The translations under genes were made by a program, and so were the position numbers. This document shows positions 1-11,060 of a DNA stretch of 64,000 nucleotides, in pieces (position 1 is the first letter of the stretch; each line of letters begins with the position of its first letter). The notes beneath the pieces are model-generated. The model was not told the origin of the DNA, did no database searches, and was given only the letters and a program-made list of their open reading frames with translations. The DNA is from a bacterium (GTDB taxonomy: Bacteria > SM23-31): NCBI GenBank assembly GCA_965249485.1, contig OZ252239.1:3456001-3520000 (forward strand), given 5' to 3'.

Positions 1-149
1 GCTTTAGGCGTACAACCGAATTATGATAAAACTTGGGGATAATTTGGTAAGAAATTCACTCCAGTATTAATGGTATGTAGAATTTTCTATTGATATTTTC
101 AAATCATTGATAAATCATGGCATATATATTATATTAGAGGAGTTAAAAA

Positions 150-416
150 ATGGAAAACGAATCGACTGTGTTAAGCAATGCCTATGTTAAAAAAAACAAG
201 CTGACCTTTACTTGGACACCGCTTGTGTTGGTAGTGTTTTTTTATACTACTATATATACTGAGCGTTTCAGCATACTGGGATTTGGAGTGGATGCATTTT
301 TTGATATATTTCTGTTTGCTGTCATAATGTTGTCTATTTCATATTTTCGTCTTGAGGCACTGAAAGAAAACCGCGAAATCTACAATCTTCTTAAAAAAAT
401 TGCGGATAAATCGTAA
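150..416 (+). CDS. Small hypothetical membrane protein
   Basis: 88-aa ORF with an AGGAG RBS and two hydrophobic segments; no recognised motif. Confidence 0.55.
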   Translation: MENESTVLSNAYVKKNKLTFTWTPLVLVVFFYTTIYTERFSILGFGVDAFFDIFLFAVIMLSISYFRLEALKENREIYNLLKKIADKS

Positions 417-510
417 ACTTGATTATTCACATTACTTCTATCGTATCGTTGTAGAGCATTACTGACCAGATCAAATGGTTTTTTGCCGTTTGCGAAACAA
501 AAGTACACAT

Positions 511-553
511 AAAAAACCCGACTCTAATGTATTAAATTGAAGTCGGGTTTTTT
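511..553. terminator. Bidirectional intrinsic terminator
   Basis: AAAAAACCCGACT...AGTCGGGTTTTTT inverted repeat between convergent genes. Confidence 0.7.
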
Positions 554-597
554 ATTCGAATTTAACGATCAAATGTGCTAAGCAATGCACACATTAA

Positions 598-927
598 TTA
601 CTGTTCTTTTGATTCGTCCCAGTCGGGACCATGTACTACATCATCTTTCGATGTGACAGGATCTTTCCCATCGTATTCATAATTATAATTTAAATCGATA
701 TAATATTGTGTATCATGTTTGCCGTTCGATTCATCGTAACTCGGTCCTTCTTCTTCCGGGAAGATCGCGTCGACAGGACATTCCGGCTTACATGCATCGC
801 AATCGATACATTCATCAGGATTTATATAAAGCATGTTATCATCCTGATAAAAACAATCTACCGGACAAACTTCAACACAATCTCCATATTTACAGTTATG
901 GCAAGGTTCTCCAACTATATAGGTCAT
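598..927 (-). CDS. fdxA: 7Fe ([3Fe-4S]+[4Fe-4S]) ferredoxin with acidic extension
   Basis: [17 protein letters not shown] and [12 protein letters not shown], the Azotobacter FdI-type Cys spacing. Confidence 0.9.
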   Translation of the reverse strand: MTYIVGEPCHNCKYGDCVEVCPVDCFYQDDNMLYINPDECIDCDACKPECPVDAIFPEEEGPSYDESNGKHDTQYYIDLNYNYEYDGKDPVTSKDDVVHGPDWDESKEQ

Positions 928-1026
928 TGTTCAATCCTCAATTAAAATTGTAATCTTAATTAATTACAGATGTAAATCTAAGGAATCAAAAAAAAAAATA
1001 CAAGAAAAAAAGTAAGAAAGAGAAAA

Positions 1027-2517
1027 TTAGTGGATATTTTGTATAAAATCAATACCAAAATGTGCCCAGTTGCTCAGTGTATTCCAAAATATTCCAAACA
1101 GTACTGTCGGAATGAGTAACGCAGTAATGAGAACAGTGTGCACTATAGGAACAGAAACTGCCGAATCGTAGCCATCTTCTGCATTTGTAAAATACATTGC
1201 TTTGGCAATGCGAAAGTAGTAGAAAAGCGATACGGCAGAATTTAATACACCGACAACAGCCAGCCAGTACAATTTATTCTTAATTACTGCACCGAATATC
1301 AACAATTTTCCGATAAAACCCGCAGTCGGGGGGATTCCGGTTAAGGAGATGAGGAATATAACGAACGCAAATGCAATAAAGGGTGAACGTGAACCAAGCC
1401 CGCGGTAATGGTCGATCTGTTCACTTTTGATTCTAAGCGCAACACCATCTATGATGATAAATGCTCCAAAATTCATAAAAAGATAGGCAATGCTGTAGAA
1501 CAGTACCGCACTGAGCCCCTCACCATCGAACATAGTGAAACCCATAAGTATGTACCCGGCATGTGCGATACTTGAATATGCAAGCAAACGCTTCAGATTT
1601 GTTTGCTGAAGGGCTGCAAGGTTACCTACTGTCATCGTAACTGCAGAAAGAGCGGCAAATATCAGGGGAAATTCTAAAGTACCAATAGACTCCCATCGGA
1701 ATGTTTCCCCTCCTGTCTGCACAGATACACCGGTAAAGACAAAACGAGCCAACAGCGCAATTCCGGCCACTTTCGGACCAACAGAGAAAAATGTTGTTAT
1801 CGGTGTCGGGGCACCTTCATAGACATCGGGACACCAAAAATGAAACGGTACGATAGTGATTTTATATCCGATTCCCGCTATTACAAAGAGAACCGACATC
1901 AAAAGCAGTACATCGTTAACGGTATTTGCGGCAAGGTAATCCCGGATTCCGTAGATTGTACCCTCACCTGTGATACCGTAAAGAAAGGAAAAACCGTAGA
2001 GCATCACGCCGGTTGAGACTGCTCCGTAGAGCATGTATTTGAGAGACGCCTCACTTGATCGGATCTCATTTTTTCTAAAACCTGCAAGTACATAGCATGA
2101 TATTCCTACAATCTCGAGCGAAATCGCTATCATAACGATATGTGTCGATGTAGCCATGAAACACATACCGAAGGTTGTTGCAAGTATCAAGGCATAATAC
2201 TCACCTGATTTCTTAAAAGTTGCTAATGAGAGTATAACGATGATTGCGGATGAAAATGTGAGAAATATTTTAAAAAATACTCCCATCGGATCGACAACCA
2301 TCATTCCGGAAAACAGTGACCTACCCGGTTCATCAAGAAGCGGAAAGGAGAGAATCATTGCTAAGAGAAGACCCCCAAGGCTCAAAAACGGAATAACGAG
2401 CCGCTTGCCTATACCCGGAATTATCTCTGCAAGCAACACAACCAGAATCGAGACTGTCAGCGCTATTTCAGGATACAAATACCTGAGATCTGCAACAATT
2501 GTTTCCCACGAAATCAT
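1027..2517 (-). CDS. nuoN: NADH-quinone oxidoreductase subunit N
   Basis: SSEASLKY, VPFHFWCPDVYEGAPTP, KRLLAYSSIAHAGY; operon position. Confidence 0.95.
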   Translation of the reverse strand: MISWETIVADLRYLYPEIALTVSILVVLLAEIIPGIGKRLVIPFLSLGGLLLAMILSFPLLDEPGRSLFSGMMVVDPMGVFFKIFLTFSSAIIVILSLATFKKSGEYYALILATTFGMCFMATSTHIVMIAISLEIVGISCYVLAGFRKNEIRSSEASLKYMLYGAVSTGVMLYGFSFLYGITGEGTIYGIRDYLAANTVNDVLLLMSVLFVIAGIGYKITIVPFHFWCPDVYEGAPTPITTFFSVGPKVAGIALLARFVFTGVSVQTGGETFRWESIGTLEFPLIFAALSAVTMTVGNLAALQQTNLKRLLAYSSIAHAGYILMGFTMFDGEGLSAVLFYSIAYLFMNFGAFIIIDGVALRIKSEQIDHYRGLGSRSPFIAFAFVIFLISLTGIPPTAGFIGKLLIFGAVIKNKLYWLAVVGVLNSAVSLFYYFRIAKAMYFTNAEDGYDSAVSVPIVHTVLITALLIPTVLFGIFWNTLSNWAHFGIDFIQNIH

Positions 2518-2529
2518 AGACCTACCACA

Positions 2530-4011
2530 CTATGGGTGAACTAAAATAATCAAATAGTTTAGTGATGTTCTCATCAGGTTCAAGACCGGCATTGGATAGA
2601 CACCGACAAACAAAATGACAACCATTAACGGAGCCAATGTAAAAATTTCCATGCCGGTTATCTCCGGTAGCGTTTTATACTTATCATCAATTTTTCCAAG
2701 GAAAACTCTCTGGAGAGTCCACAGCAAATAACCAGCCGTAAGGATGACTCCGCTGACCGCAAAAGCCGTAATGTATTTATAAACACTGAAAGCTCCGATG
2801 AATACCATAGCTTCACCAATGAAACCGCTCAATCCCGGAAGCCCGAGACTTGCAAAAAAGGCGAAACTGGTAATTCCTGTAAAAATCGGCATTTGTGAAC
2901 CGATACCGCCGAAACCGTTAATATCCCTGTGATGCGCCCTGTCGTAAATCACACCAACAAGGAGAAAGAGCATTGCTGTGATTGTACCATGGTTAAACAT
3001 CTGCAGAACAGCGCCGTTGATACCGGCTTCGGTAAAGACAGCCATTCCGAGCAATACATATCCCATATGGCTGATACTCGAATAGGCTACCAGTTTCTTC
3101 AAATCTGTCTGCGCCATCGCGGTAAAGGCACCGTAGAGAATATTTATCAATCCGAGTACAGCGAGGCCGTAGGCAAAATATTGTGCCGCAAGCGGAAACA
3201 TCGGATAACTGATCCGGAGGATACCGTAGGTTCCCAGCTTCAGCAATACACCGGCAAGAATAACACTAATTGCTGTCGGCGCTTCGACGTGAGCATCGGG
3301 AAGCCAAGTATGGAACGGGAAAACCGGAACCTTGATGGCAAAACCGATAAAGAGTGCAATGTATGCCCAGTACTGAAATGTTCTTGAATAGGTGCTGCTG
3401 TTCTGAATAAGCGTCAACATATTGAATGTATGCGGATCATTCGCAAAATAGAGCGCAAGCATCGCGAGGAGCATCAATAAACTTCCGAAAAATGTGTAGA
3501 GGAAAAATTTTATCGCTGCATATTCACGCCGGGGGCCTCCCCAGATACCGATCAGAAAATACATGGGCAGTAGCATCACTTCCCAGAAGACATAAAACAA
3601 AAAGAAATCGAGTGCCGCAAACGATCCGATCATTCCTGTTTCAAGAAGAAGGAAAAGTGCGAAATACCCTTTTTGCGAGCGATCGATTTTCCATGAAGCA
3701 AATATACATATAAAGCAAAGAAACGCTGTCAAGAGTATCATCGGAAAACTGAGGCCGTCGACACCCATAAAATACTCTATATTTAATGCATCAATCCACT
3801 GGTAATGTTCGACAAATTGGAAGCTTCCTTCCCTGTCGATCCCCGGCATTGTGGTATTGAATTGGAGCAGCATTAGAATTGTCAACAATAATGTGACTCC
3901 TGTCGCTAAAACCGCTAACTGTTTTATGAGCATCACTTTCTCTTTTGGTACAAGAGCAATGAGCCCGGCTCCGATTAGGGGTATAAACGTTATGAGTGTT
4001 AAATACTTCAT
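2530..4011 (-). CDS. nuoM: NADH-quinone oxidoreductase subunit M
   Basis: FYVFWEVML, KVPVFPFHTWLPDAHVEAPT, KKLVAYSSISHMG. Confidence 0.95.
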   Translation of the reverse strand: MKYLTLITFIPLIGAGLIALVPKEKVMLIKQLAVLATGVTLLLTILMLLQFNTTMPGIDREGSFQFVEHYQWIDALNIEYFMGVDGLSFPMILLTAFLCFICIFASWKIDRSQKGYFALFLLLETGMIGSFAALDFFLFYVFWEVMLLPMYFLIGIWGGPRREYAAIKFFLYTFFGSLLMLLAMLALYFANDPHTFNMLTLIQNSSTYSRTFQYWAYIALFIGFAIKVPVFPFHTWLPDAHVEAPTAISVILAGVLLKLGTYGILRISYPMFPLAAQYFAYGLAVLGLINILYGAFTAMAQTDLKKLVAYSSISHMGYVLLGMAVFTEAGINGAVLQMFNHGTITAMLFLLVGVIYDRAHHRDINGFGGIGSQMPIFTGITSFAFFASLGLPGLSGFIGEAMVFIGAFSVYKYITAFAVSGVILTAGYLLWTLQRVFLGKIDDKYKTLPEITGMEIFTLAPLMVVILFVGVYPMPVLNLMRTSLNYLIILVHP

Positions 4012-4087
4012 TAATCTCTCCTCAAAAAGGACGGTGACTCCTTAAAGCATAGTGATCCAAAATTGCTGTGTACTGAGTAAGTTAACA

Positions 4088-6142
4088 TTACATAATCCGA
4101 AACATTATGATAATCATCATACCGATTAGCAGTCCGACAATATACTGCTGTATTCTCCCGGTCTGAAACTGTCGTACAATCAGTCCGAACAATTGTGTAA
4201 TTAATGCAATAGCATTTACCAACCCATCAATTACAATTGTGTCGAATTTTCCGTACAACCAGGAAACAAGCACAGTAATACGTGCTGATCCATTCACAAT
4301 CCCATCGATAATCGTTTCATCAAACCACTTACATATGTCGCTCCAAAGCAAAACGCCTTTAACAAAAGTAGCATTATATATCTCATCAATATACCATTTA
4401 TTCAACATGCCGTTGTATAACTTCGGATACATTGCTCCCCACGCTTCTGCAGAAATCTGCTTCGTGAAATAGGTCCTGTATGCGACAATAATTCCGAGTG
4501 CTGCAAAAATCAGTGACAAAGCAAGTGCATAGGTGTGTGATGAATCGTGTCCGCCTCCATGAGCTTCCATACTTGTCTGAGCTTGTCCACTACTTGATTC
4601 CATTGCCATAACAGCTGCCTGCTCCGGCGGCTGCACAAGGTGGTAAAACCAGCCTCCATCGGGTGAAACCGGATTGTAGCTGTAAAATGCAAAGACACAG
4701 AGGAACGACAGGACAACGAGCGGAATGGTCATTGACCGGCTCGATTCATGAACATGATCCCACGCTTTTGGCAGAGCAAATTCGCCAAAGAATGTTTTGA
4801 AGACCAAACGGAACATATAAAATGCAGTCATACCTGCCGCAAGAAATCCGAACACTGGCAGAAGAAAATGACTGGGATGTTGAACTGCAAAACTCAGCGA
4901 TCCTGCCAAAATTGCATCTTTGCTTAAAAAGCCTGATGTAAACGGCACACCGGAAAGTGCGATTGTTCCTGCAAGAAATGTCCAGAACGTTATTGGCATT
5001 TTCCGCCTGAGCCCGCCCATGATCGAAATATCATTCGGGTTGCCTTCCAGTTTCGCCCCATGCAAAGCGTGTTCCATTGCATGAATCACACTTCCGGAAC
5101 CGAGGAAGAGCAATGCTTTAAAAAAGGCGTGCGTCATTAGATGAAACAGACCTGCTGCATATGAACCGGTACCGAGTGCGAGGATCATATATCCGAGCTG
5201 GCTGACTGTAGAATAAGCCAGAACGCGTTTGATATCATTCTGCACAATAGCTATCGTTGCTGCAAAGATTGCAGTAAATCCGCCGACGTAGGCAATGACA
5301 ATCATTGAATCGGGTGTCAGCATGAAGAATATCCGGACAACCAGGTATACGCCGGCAGCCACCATGGTAGCAGCATGAATTAACGCACTTACCGGTGTTG
5401 GACCCTCCATAGCATCCGGCAGCCATACGTGCAGCGGAAACTGAGCAGATTTTCCGACTGCTCCCATAAAAATCAAAATTCCTGCAACTGTCAGTGTCAT
5501 CCCTCCAAAACTGCCGGAAGCGACGGCATTCTGAATTCCCTCAAATGAAAATGATCCAACCGAGAAAAACACGATCAGCATTCCGACAAACATACCGAAA
5601 TCGCCGACACGGTTGGTTATAAAAGCCTTTTTTCCAGCATTCGCTGCCGAATCCTTTTCAAACCAGAATCCAATAAGTAAATACGAACAGAGTCCCACAA
5701 GCTCCCAGCACATATAAATGCCAAGCAGATTATCGAACAGCACCAGACCGAGCATGGAAAATGCAAACAACGAAAGATAAGCAAAATAGCGGGAATAGCG
5801 CGGATCACCGTGCATATAGCCAGTTGAGTAAAGAAATACAAGTGAACTGACCAGTGTGACAACAACAAGCATCACTGCCGTTACATTATCGAGAGCGAAA
5901 CCGAGCGGAAAATTCTGACTGCCAAGCTGAATCCAGTCAAAATGATACTCCACTCTGAAATTCGGATCATACACAGTGAGAACAGTATAGAATATCCACA
6001 GAGCAAGACCCAGATTAACAAACATTGATCCGACAACCACCCAGTCCCCCTGTCTCGGAAGCCGTTTCCCTATGAAAATCTGGATTGTGAACGCCGCAAG
6101 AGGAAGTAACCAGATAATAATCGCTGTAGTTAGTAAATCCAT
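4088..6142 (-). CDS. nuoL: NADH-quinone oxidoreductase subunit L
   Basis: GKSAQFPLHVWLPDAMEGPTPVSALIHAATMV, HAFFKALLF, C-terminal QTGRIQQY. Confidence 0.95.
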   Translation of the reverse strand: MDLLTTAIIIWLLPLAAFTIQIFIGKRLPRQGDWVVVGSMFVNLGLALWIFYTVLTVYDPNFRVEYHFDWIQLGSQNFPLGFALDNVTAVMLVVVTLVSSLVFLYSTGYMHGDPRYSRYFAYLSLFAFSMLGLVLFDNLLGIYMCWELVGLCSYLLIGFWFEKDSAANAGKKAFITNRVGDFGMFVGMLIVFFSVGSFSFEGIQNAVASGSFGGMTLTVAGILIFMGAVGKSAQFPLHVWLPDAMEGPTPVSALIHAATMVAAGVYLVVRIFFMLTPDSMIVIAYVGGFTAIFAATIAIVQNDIKRVLAYSTVSQLGYMILALGTGSYAAGLFHLMTHAFFKALLFLGSGSVIHAMEHALHGAKLEGNPNDISIMGGLRRKMPITFWTFLAGTIALSGVPFTSGFLSKDAILAGSLSFAVQHPSHFLLPVFGFLAAGMTAFYMFRLVFKTFFGEFALPKAWDHVHESSRSMTIPLVVLSFLCVFAFYSYNPVSPDGGWFYHLVQPPEQAAVMAMESSSGQAQTSMEAHGGGHDSSHTYALALSLIFAALGIIVAYRTYFTKQISAEAWGAMYPKLYNGMLNKWYIDEIYNATFVKGVLLWSDICKWFDETIIDGIVNGSARITVLVSWLYGKFDTIVIDGLVNAIALITQLFGLIVRQFQTGRIQQYIVGLLIGMMIIIMFRIM

Positions 6143-6187
6143 GTGTTCTCTTCAGAGTTTAGTACAAAACCATCATTATCAATTATA

Positions 6188-6493
6188 TTACTTCCGGAGA
6201 CTATGTGCTTCATCTACATTGATCGTCTGATGCGTCCGGTAAATATTTAAGACTATTGCAAGCGCAACTGCCGCTTCGGCAACCGCAATCACAAATACGA
6301 ACAACGCTATTAATACACCATGAATATCAGGGTCTTTGAAAAATGCAAATGCAACAAAATTGACATTTGCGGCATTCAATATTAGCTCAACACCCATTAA
6401 AATACCTATAGCATTCCGCTTTGTCAGAATAGCCAGAAGGCCGCTCGCAAAGAGCAGTGCACCGATTATCAGAAACGTCTCAAGCTGAATCAT
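6188..6493 (-). CDS. nuoK: NADH-quinone oxidoreductase subunit K
   Basis: MGVELILNAANVNF, AEAAVALA. Confidence 0.95.
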   Translation of the reverse strand: MIQLETFLIIGALLFASGLLAILTKRNAIGILMGVELILNAANVNFVAFAFFKDPDIHGVLIALFVFVIAVAEAAVALAIVLNIYRTHQTINVDEAHSLRK

Positions 6494-6996
6494 TTCTCCT
6501 CCGATCGAACGATGTACAGTGCGCCGATTAAGGCGGCAAGAAGCAAAATTGATGCAACTTCAAACGGAAGAATATATAAGGTCATCAACTGGTTTCCGAT
6601 CAGTTCACTTTGAGGTGCATAGCCTCCCTGTTCCGTGACTCCAGGTCCGAACCATGAAGTTTTTGAAATAACCGACAGAAGGAGAATCAAAAATCCGGTG
6701 ACAGCTATAGAACCCCAGACACGCTGAGATGTTTTCGTCGTAACAGTCACAGACGATATTTTTACTGTAAGGAGAATACCGAATAAGAGCAGAATTAAAA
6801 TACCACCGACATAAATAATAAGTTGAACAGCAGCGAGAAAATCGGCACTTAGAAATATATAGAGACCGCCGACACCAAAAAAGGATAGCATCAGGGAAAA
6901 TGCTGCATACGTTATTCGCTTTGAAAATACAACCAGAAAGGCAGATCCTACCGTAACCACAGCAAATAGCAAAAACAGTACATCCTTGGCGCTCAT
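6490..6996 (-). CDS. nuoJ: NADH-quinone oxidoreductase subunit J
   Basis: ADFLAAVQLIIYVGG, YILPFEVASILLL; ATGA overlaps with both neighbours. Confidence 0.95.
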   Translation of the reverse strand: MSAKDVLFLLFAVVTVGSAFLVVFSKRITYAAFSLMLSFFGVGGLYIFLSADFLAAVQLIIYVGGILILLLFGILLTVKISSVTVTTKTSQRVWGSIAVTGFLILLLSVISKTSWFGPGVTEQGGYAPQSELIGNQLMTLYILPFEVASILLLAALIGALYIVRSEEK

Positions 6997-7565
6997 GCAT
7001 CCCCCTCAACAGGCTGATCTTGCGATCCACCTTCTTCTTTTTCTTTCGCAGCCGCCAGCTTTTTTTTCTCTTTTTCCATAGTCCTGATGTGGTCTTTTTC
7101 TTTTAGTTCGGCAACTTTTAACGGATCAACATTTGCAAATTCAAATACTAAATTATTTCTATCTCTTGTTGAATATTCGTATTCATCGGTCATAATCAGA
7201 CACTCTGTTGGACACGGATACGTACACAATCCACAGAAACAACATTTAGCCATATCGATGTCAAACTTCGTAACCCAAAGCCTTTTTTTCTGGCCGTCGG
7301 AAGTCACTCCCAGATCGTCTTCCGGAAACGTTTTGATTGTATCCATTGTGATGCAGTCGACTGGGCATACCCGTACGCACTGATCACATCCGATACAATC
7401 GTCAACTTTGTTGAGCAATAGATTCCTGGAGCGTTCGGGGATATTCAGCTTTTTCCGAGGATACTGCACCGTGACCGATCTTTCGAAGAGATGCCTGAAC
7501 GTAAGGCTCATTCCGATCAATACAGATGAAACGGCAAGATATATATTATTAAAATATGTTTGCAT
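6993..7565 (-). CDS. nuoI: NADH-quinone oxidoreductase subunit I
   Basis: TVQYP and two CxxCxxCxxxCP motifs. Confidence 0.95.
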   Translation of the reverse strand: MQTYFNNIYLAVSSVLIGMSLTFRHLFERSVTVQYPRKKLNIPERSRNLLLNKVDDCIGCDQCVRVCPVDCITMDTIKTFPEDDLGVTSDGQKKRLWVTKFDIDMAKCCFCGLCTYPCPTECLIMTDEYEYSTRDRNNLVFEFANVDPLKVAELKEKDHIRTMEKEKKKLAAAKEKEEGGSQDQPVEGDA

Positions 7566-7601
7566 AATCTATTTTCGTTAATTTTGTTCTAAATAATTGG
7601 A

Positions 7602-8687
7602 TTACCCTTGCATAACTTGCCAGAAACCAACTCCTGCAATACAGACCAATGTAAACGGTACAAAAACTTTCCAACACACATACATCAATTGATCTACCCG
7701 AAGACGCGGCAGTGTCCAGCGAATCCATATCTGTACAAACACAAGAACTGATGTTTTACCTAAAAACCAAACAACTCCAGGGATCACTACAAGCGCCTCA
7801 AACGGAGGCTGCCAACCACCGAGGAAAAGAACCGTACCGATAGCAGAAACCGCAAGCAAATTGCCATATTCAGCAAGGAAGAAAAACGACCACCGCATAC
7901 CGGAATACTCGGTCATAAATCCAGCAACCAATTCCGACTCAGCTTCAGGAAGGTCGAATGGTGTTCTGTTTATTTCAGCAATTGATGCTAAAAAATAGAT
8001 AATAAAAGCAATGAAATTAAACGGAAAACTATTGAAAATGATCCAGTTCCAGAATCCACCGGACTGTGCATGAACGATTCCCTGCATGCTTAACGTCCCC
8101 GATACCATTACCGCACACACAATAGCAAGTCCGACCGGAATTTCATAACTCACAATCTGTGCCGCTGAGCGCATGGCTCCGAAGAGAGACCATTTATTGT
8201 TCGACGCCCATCCGGCCATAATAATTCCCGGTACAACAACTGTCGAGATTGCTACAACGTATAAGATTCCAATGTTGATATCGCTGACAAAGATTGTTTC
8301 ACTAAAGGGGAAAACCACAAATACGGCAAGAGCAGTCATAAAAACAATAAACGGAGCAATGATAAACAGTTTTCGGTCGGCATCACGTGGAATAATATCT
8401 TCTTTCAACAAGAGTTTCACTGCATCTGCAATCGTCTGCAAAACACCATGCCAGCCGGTTTCCATCGGCCCTAACCGGTCCTGAATATGGGCAGCAATTT
8501 TCCGCTCTGCGTAGATAGCTATCAGAGCAAATACCGCTATAACATGAAAAAAGATTAATGCGGCGATTATTGATGCTATGACAATTTTACCCGCTTCGGG
8601 AAACGCATCAAAGATAGAAATGCTGTTGATAAGTTTATTGAAAATACCTTGAAACTCATTTTGCATCGTTAAATCATTCTCCGGCAA
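7602..8687 (-). CDS. nuoH: NADH-quinone oxidoreductase subunit H
   Basis: ERKIAAHIQDRLGP, NRTPFDLPEAESELVAG, RWTLPRLRVDQLM; start may be the ATG at 8666. Confidence 0.95.
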   Translation of the reverse strand: MPENDLTMQNEFQGIFNKLINSISIFDAFPEAGKIVIASIIAALIFFHVIAVFALIAIYAERKIAAHIQDRLGPMETGWHGVLQTIADAVKLLLKEDIIPRDADRKLFIIAPFIVFMTALAVFVVFPFSETIFVSDINIGILYVVAISTVVVPGIIMAGWASNNKWSLFGAMRSAAQIVSYEIPVGLAIVCAVMVSGTLSMQGIVHAQSGGFWNWIIFNSFPFNFIAFIIYFLASIAEINRTPFDLPEAESELVAGFMTEYSGMRWSFFFLAEYGNLLAVSAIGTVLFLGGWQPPFEALVVIPGVVWFLGKTSVLVFVQIWIRWTLPRLRVDQLMYVCWKVFVPFTLVCIAGVGFWQVMQG

Positions 8688-8721
8688 TTCTCTTCGTTCT
8701 TCTCTAACTATCCACTAAACG

Positions 8722-9897
8722 TTATCGATCTACGCACCCAAGCACAATATCAATACTTGAAATGATAACAACGAGGTCGGCAAGCATATACCCTCGTGAT
8801 ATTTCATTGAGTACACTCAAATTGCTGAAACAGGGTGATCTTCCCTTTAACCGTGCAGGCCCTTTTCCCCCTTCACTGATCAGGTAAAAACCCAGTTCGC
8901 CACGTGGAGCTTCTGTTCGGACATAGAGCTTACCCTTCGGAACACGGACAACCTTGCCGATTTTTTCATGCATAACCGGACCATCGGGAATCAATTGAAG
9001 CGCCTGCCGGATTATTTTGACACTTTCGATCATCTCGTAAATACGCACTATATATCGGTCCCAGCAGTCACCGACAGTACCCATTTCGCCATTTCCAACA
9101 ATTACTTCATAATCGAATTTATCATATACCGAATAAGGATCGTCACGCCTCAGATCCCAATCTACACCAGACGCCCGGAGTGTCGGCCCTGATGTCCCAT
9201 AATTGATAGCAACATCGGCAGTCATGACACCGACATTTGCTGTCCGTTCGATAAATATTTTGTTGTATGAAAGTAACGGATTGTATTCTTCTATAACTTT
9301 CTTCTCAAAATAATCGAGAAACTCCATGCATTCCTTTGCAAAACCATCATAGAGATCGTGCGAAACACCGCCAATCCACATGTAGTTGTAAAGGAGACGT
9401 GCACCGCACAATTTCTCAAACATATCGAGAATCAATTCTCGTTCACGAAACGCCCACAGAAACGGAGTAAATGCGCCCGCATCCATTCCATACGTTCCGA
9501 ACGAAAGAAGATGACTCGCAATTCGCTGAAGCTCGGCTACAATTACCCTGAGGTATTGGGCACGTTCCGGCGCTTCGATTTCCATCAGTTTTTCTACCGC
9601 AAGGACGTATGAAAAATTCTGACCCATTGAGGCAATATAATCCATTCTGTCAGTATAGGGTATGACCCCCTGCCAGGATTCGTTTTCTGCATGTTTTTCA
9701 AAACAACGGTGGAGATATCCTATATGCGGTGTGACTTTTTTGATAATCTCGCCATCCGTCACACATTCGCATCTGAGCACGCCGTGTGTACTCGGATGCT
9801 GTGGACCCATCTGCAGAACCATGTCGTCCGTATCAAAACCTGTTTTGGGGGATTGACCCGGCTCTATATAAATATCTTCTGTTTTGATTTCAGCCAT
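8722..9897 (-). CDS. nuoD: NADH-quinone oxidoreductase subunit D
   Basis: GPQHPSTHGVLR, GYLHR, DRMDY, EAPRGELG. Confidence 0.95.
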   Translation of the reverse strand: MAEIKTEDIYIEPGQSPKTGFDTDDMVLQMGPQHPSTHGVLRCECVTDGEIIKKVTPHIGYLHRCFEKHAENESWQGVIPYTDRMDYIASMGQNFSYVLAVEKLMEIEAPERAQYLRVIVAELQRIASHLLSFGTYGMDAGAFTPFLWAFRERELILDMFEKLCGARLLYNYMWIGGVSHDLYDGFAKECMEFLDYFEKKVIEEYNPLLSYNKIFIERTANVGVMTADVAINYGTSGPTLRASGVDWDLRRDDPYSVYDKFDYEVIVGNGEMGTVGDCWDRYIVRIYEMIESVKIIRQALQLIPDGPVMHEKIGKVVRVPKGKLYVRTEAPRGELGFYLISEGGKGPARLKGRSPCFSNLSVLNEISRGYMLADLVVIISSIDIVLGCVDR

Positions 9898-9920
9898 TTC
9901 GAACTATTCTGTATTTGCAA

Positions 9921-10424
9921 TTATTCAGACTGCGAATCTTCATCTTCCGGATATGGGACAGGCATGCCGTTATACATTTCCGGCGTGACGTAATCTTTTC
10001 TGAGTGGATAGCCTTCCCAGTCATCGGGACAGAGAATTCTTCTCATGTCGGAATGTCCGGTAAAGACAACACCAATAAGGTCAAACGCTTCCCGCTCATG
10101 CCAGTTTGCTGTTCGCCATATTCCCGAAACGGTCGGGACATTGGGTTTTTTCTTTGGCACAGTCACCATAAGTGTGACTTTATGTTTATGCTGAAGCGAA
10201 TTTAAGTGATAAACAACCTGCAGATTCTCCTCATCTAAGTCGACACTGCTAAGACACATAAGTAATTTACAGTCCAAACCGGGATCATCTTTCAGAAAAG
10301 TACACACCTCTGCTATTGCTCCTGGTTTGACAGCAATTACAGGCTCGACCACTTCAAGGTCCGCTTCAATAATTTTATCGCCAAATTTATCCTGAAGTTT
10401 TTTTGTGATTTCTTCAGCGTTCAT
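9921..10424 (-). CDS. nuoC: NADH-quinone oxidoreductase subunit C
   Basis: ANWHEREAFDLIGVVF, GYPLRKDY. Confidence 0.95.
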   Translation of the reverse strand: MNAEEITKKLQDKFGDKIIEADLEVVEPVIAVKPGAIAEVCTFLKDDPGLDCKLLMCLSSVDLDEENLQVVYHLNSLQHKHKVTLMVTVPKKKPNVPTVSGIWRTANWHEREAFDLIGVVFTGHSDMRRILCPDDWEGYPLRKDYVTPEMYNGMPVPYPEDEDSQSE

Positions 10425-10521
10425 AGATCATACTTTTTATAAGAGACTTATTAATAAACAAATTATTCTGTTTTGATTTATAATCGTGTGCTTGATAATT
10501 TAAGTGCTGCCACAAGGCAGT

Positions 10522-11025
10522 TCATGCCGTTGCTTTTTCTTTCTTCTTCGCCAGCACCTGGTCTTTTTTGATCTTCTCTCTCAACTCAAGCAAACCGTCG
10601 ATGAGTGCTTCCGGTCTCGGGGGGCAACCGGGGACATAGACGTCGACAGGAATGATTTTGTCAACACCTTTCAGAACATGATACCCGTGATTCCAGTAGG
10701 GGCCGCCGCAGGTTGCACAGCTTCCCATCGAAATAACATATTTCGGTTCCGGCATCTGTTCATATAATCGCTTAATACGTGTTGCCATCTTAAGTGTGAC
10801 AGTACCTGCGATAATCATTACGTCCGACTGTCTCGGACTTGCTCTGAACATGATGCCGAACCGGTCAAGGTCAAACCTCGACGCTCCGGTTGCCATCATT
10901 TCTATTGCACAACATGCCAGTCCAAACGTCATGGGCCACAGCGAAGAGAGCCGTGCCCAGTTAAACAATTTATCGACAGATGTTATAAGAATATTGTTTC
11001 CAAACTTGCCTTCTAAAATTCCCAT
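10522..11025 (-). CDS. nuoB: NADH-quinone oxidoreductase subunit B
   Basis: [26 protein letters not shown]. Confidence 0.97.
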   Translation of the reverse strand: MGILEGKFGNNILITSVDKLFNWARLSSLWPMTFGLACCAIEMMATGASRFDLDRFGIMFRASPRQSDVMIIAGTVTLKMATRIKRLYEQMPEPKYVISMGSCATCGGPYWNHGYHVLKGVDKIIPVDVYVPGCPPRPEALIDGLLELREKIKKDQVLAKKKEKATA

Positions 11026-11060
11026 TTTTTTACCTTAATTCAGAATATGATAAATTCAAA

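Noticed and set aside
987..1026. Poly-A tracts between nuoN and fdxA as phase-variation sites
   Set aside because: Intergenic in an AT-rich genome, with no evidence of length variation from a single sequence
8722..11025. Group 4 NiFe hydrogenase interpretation of the operon
   Set aside because: The large subunit lacks both CxxC motifs, has the quinone-site His and Tyr, and NuoB has the tandem CC of complex I
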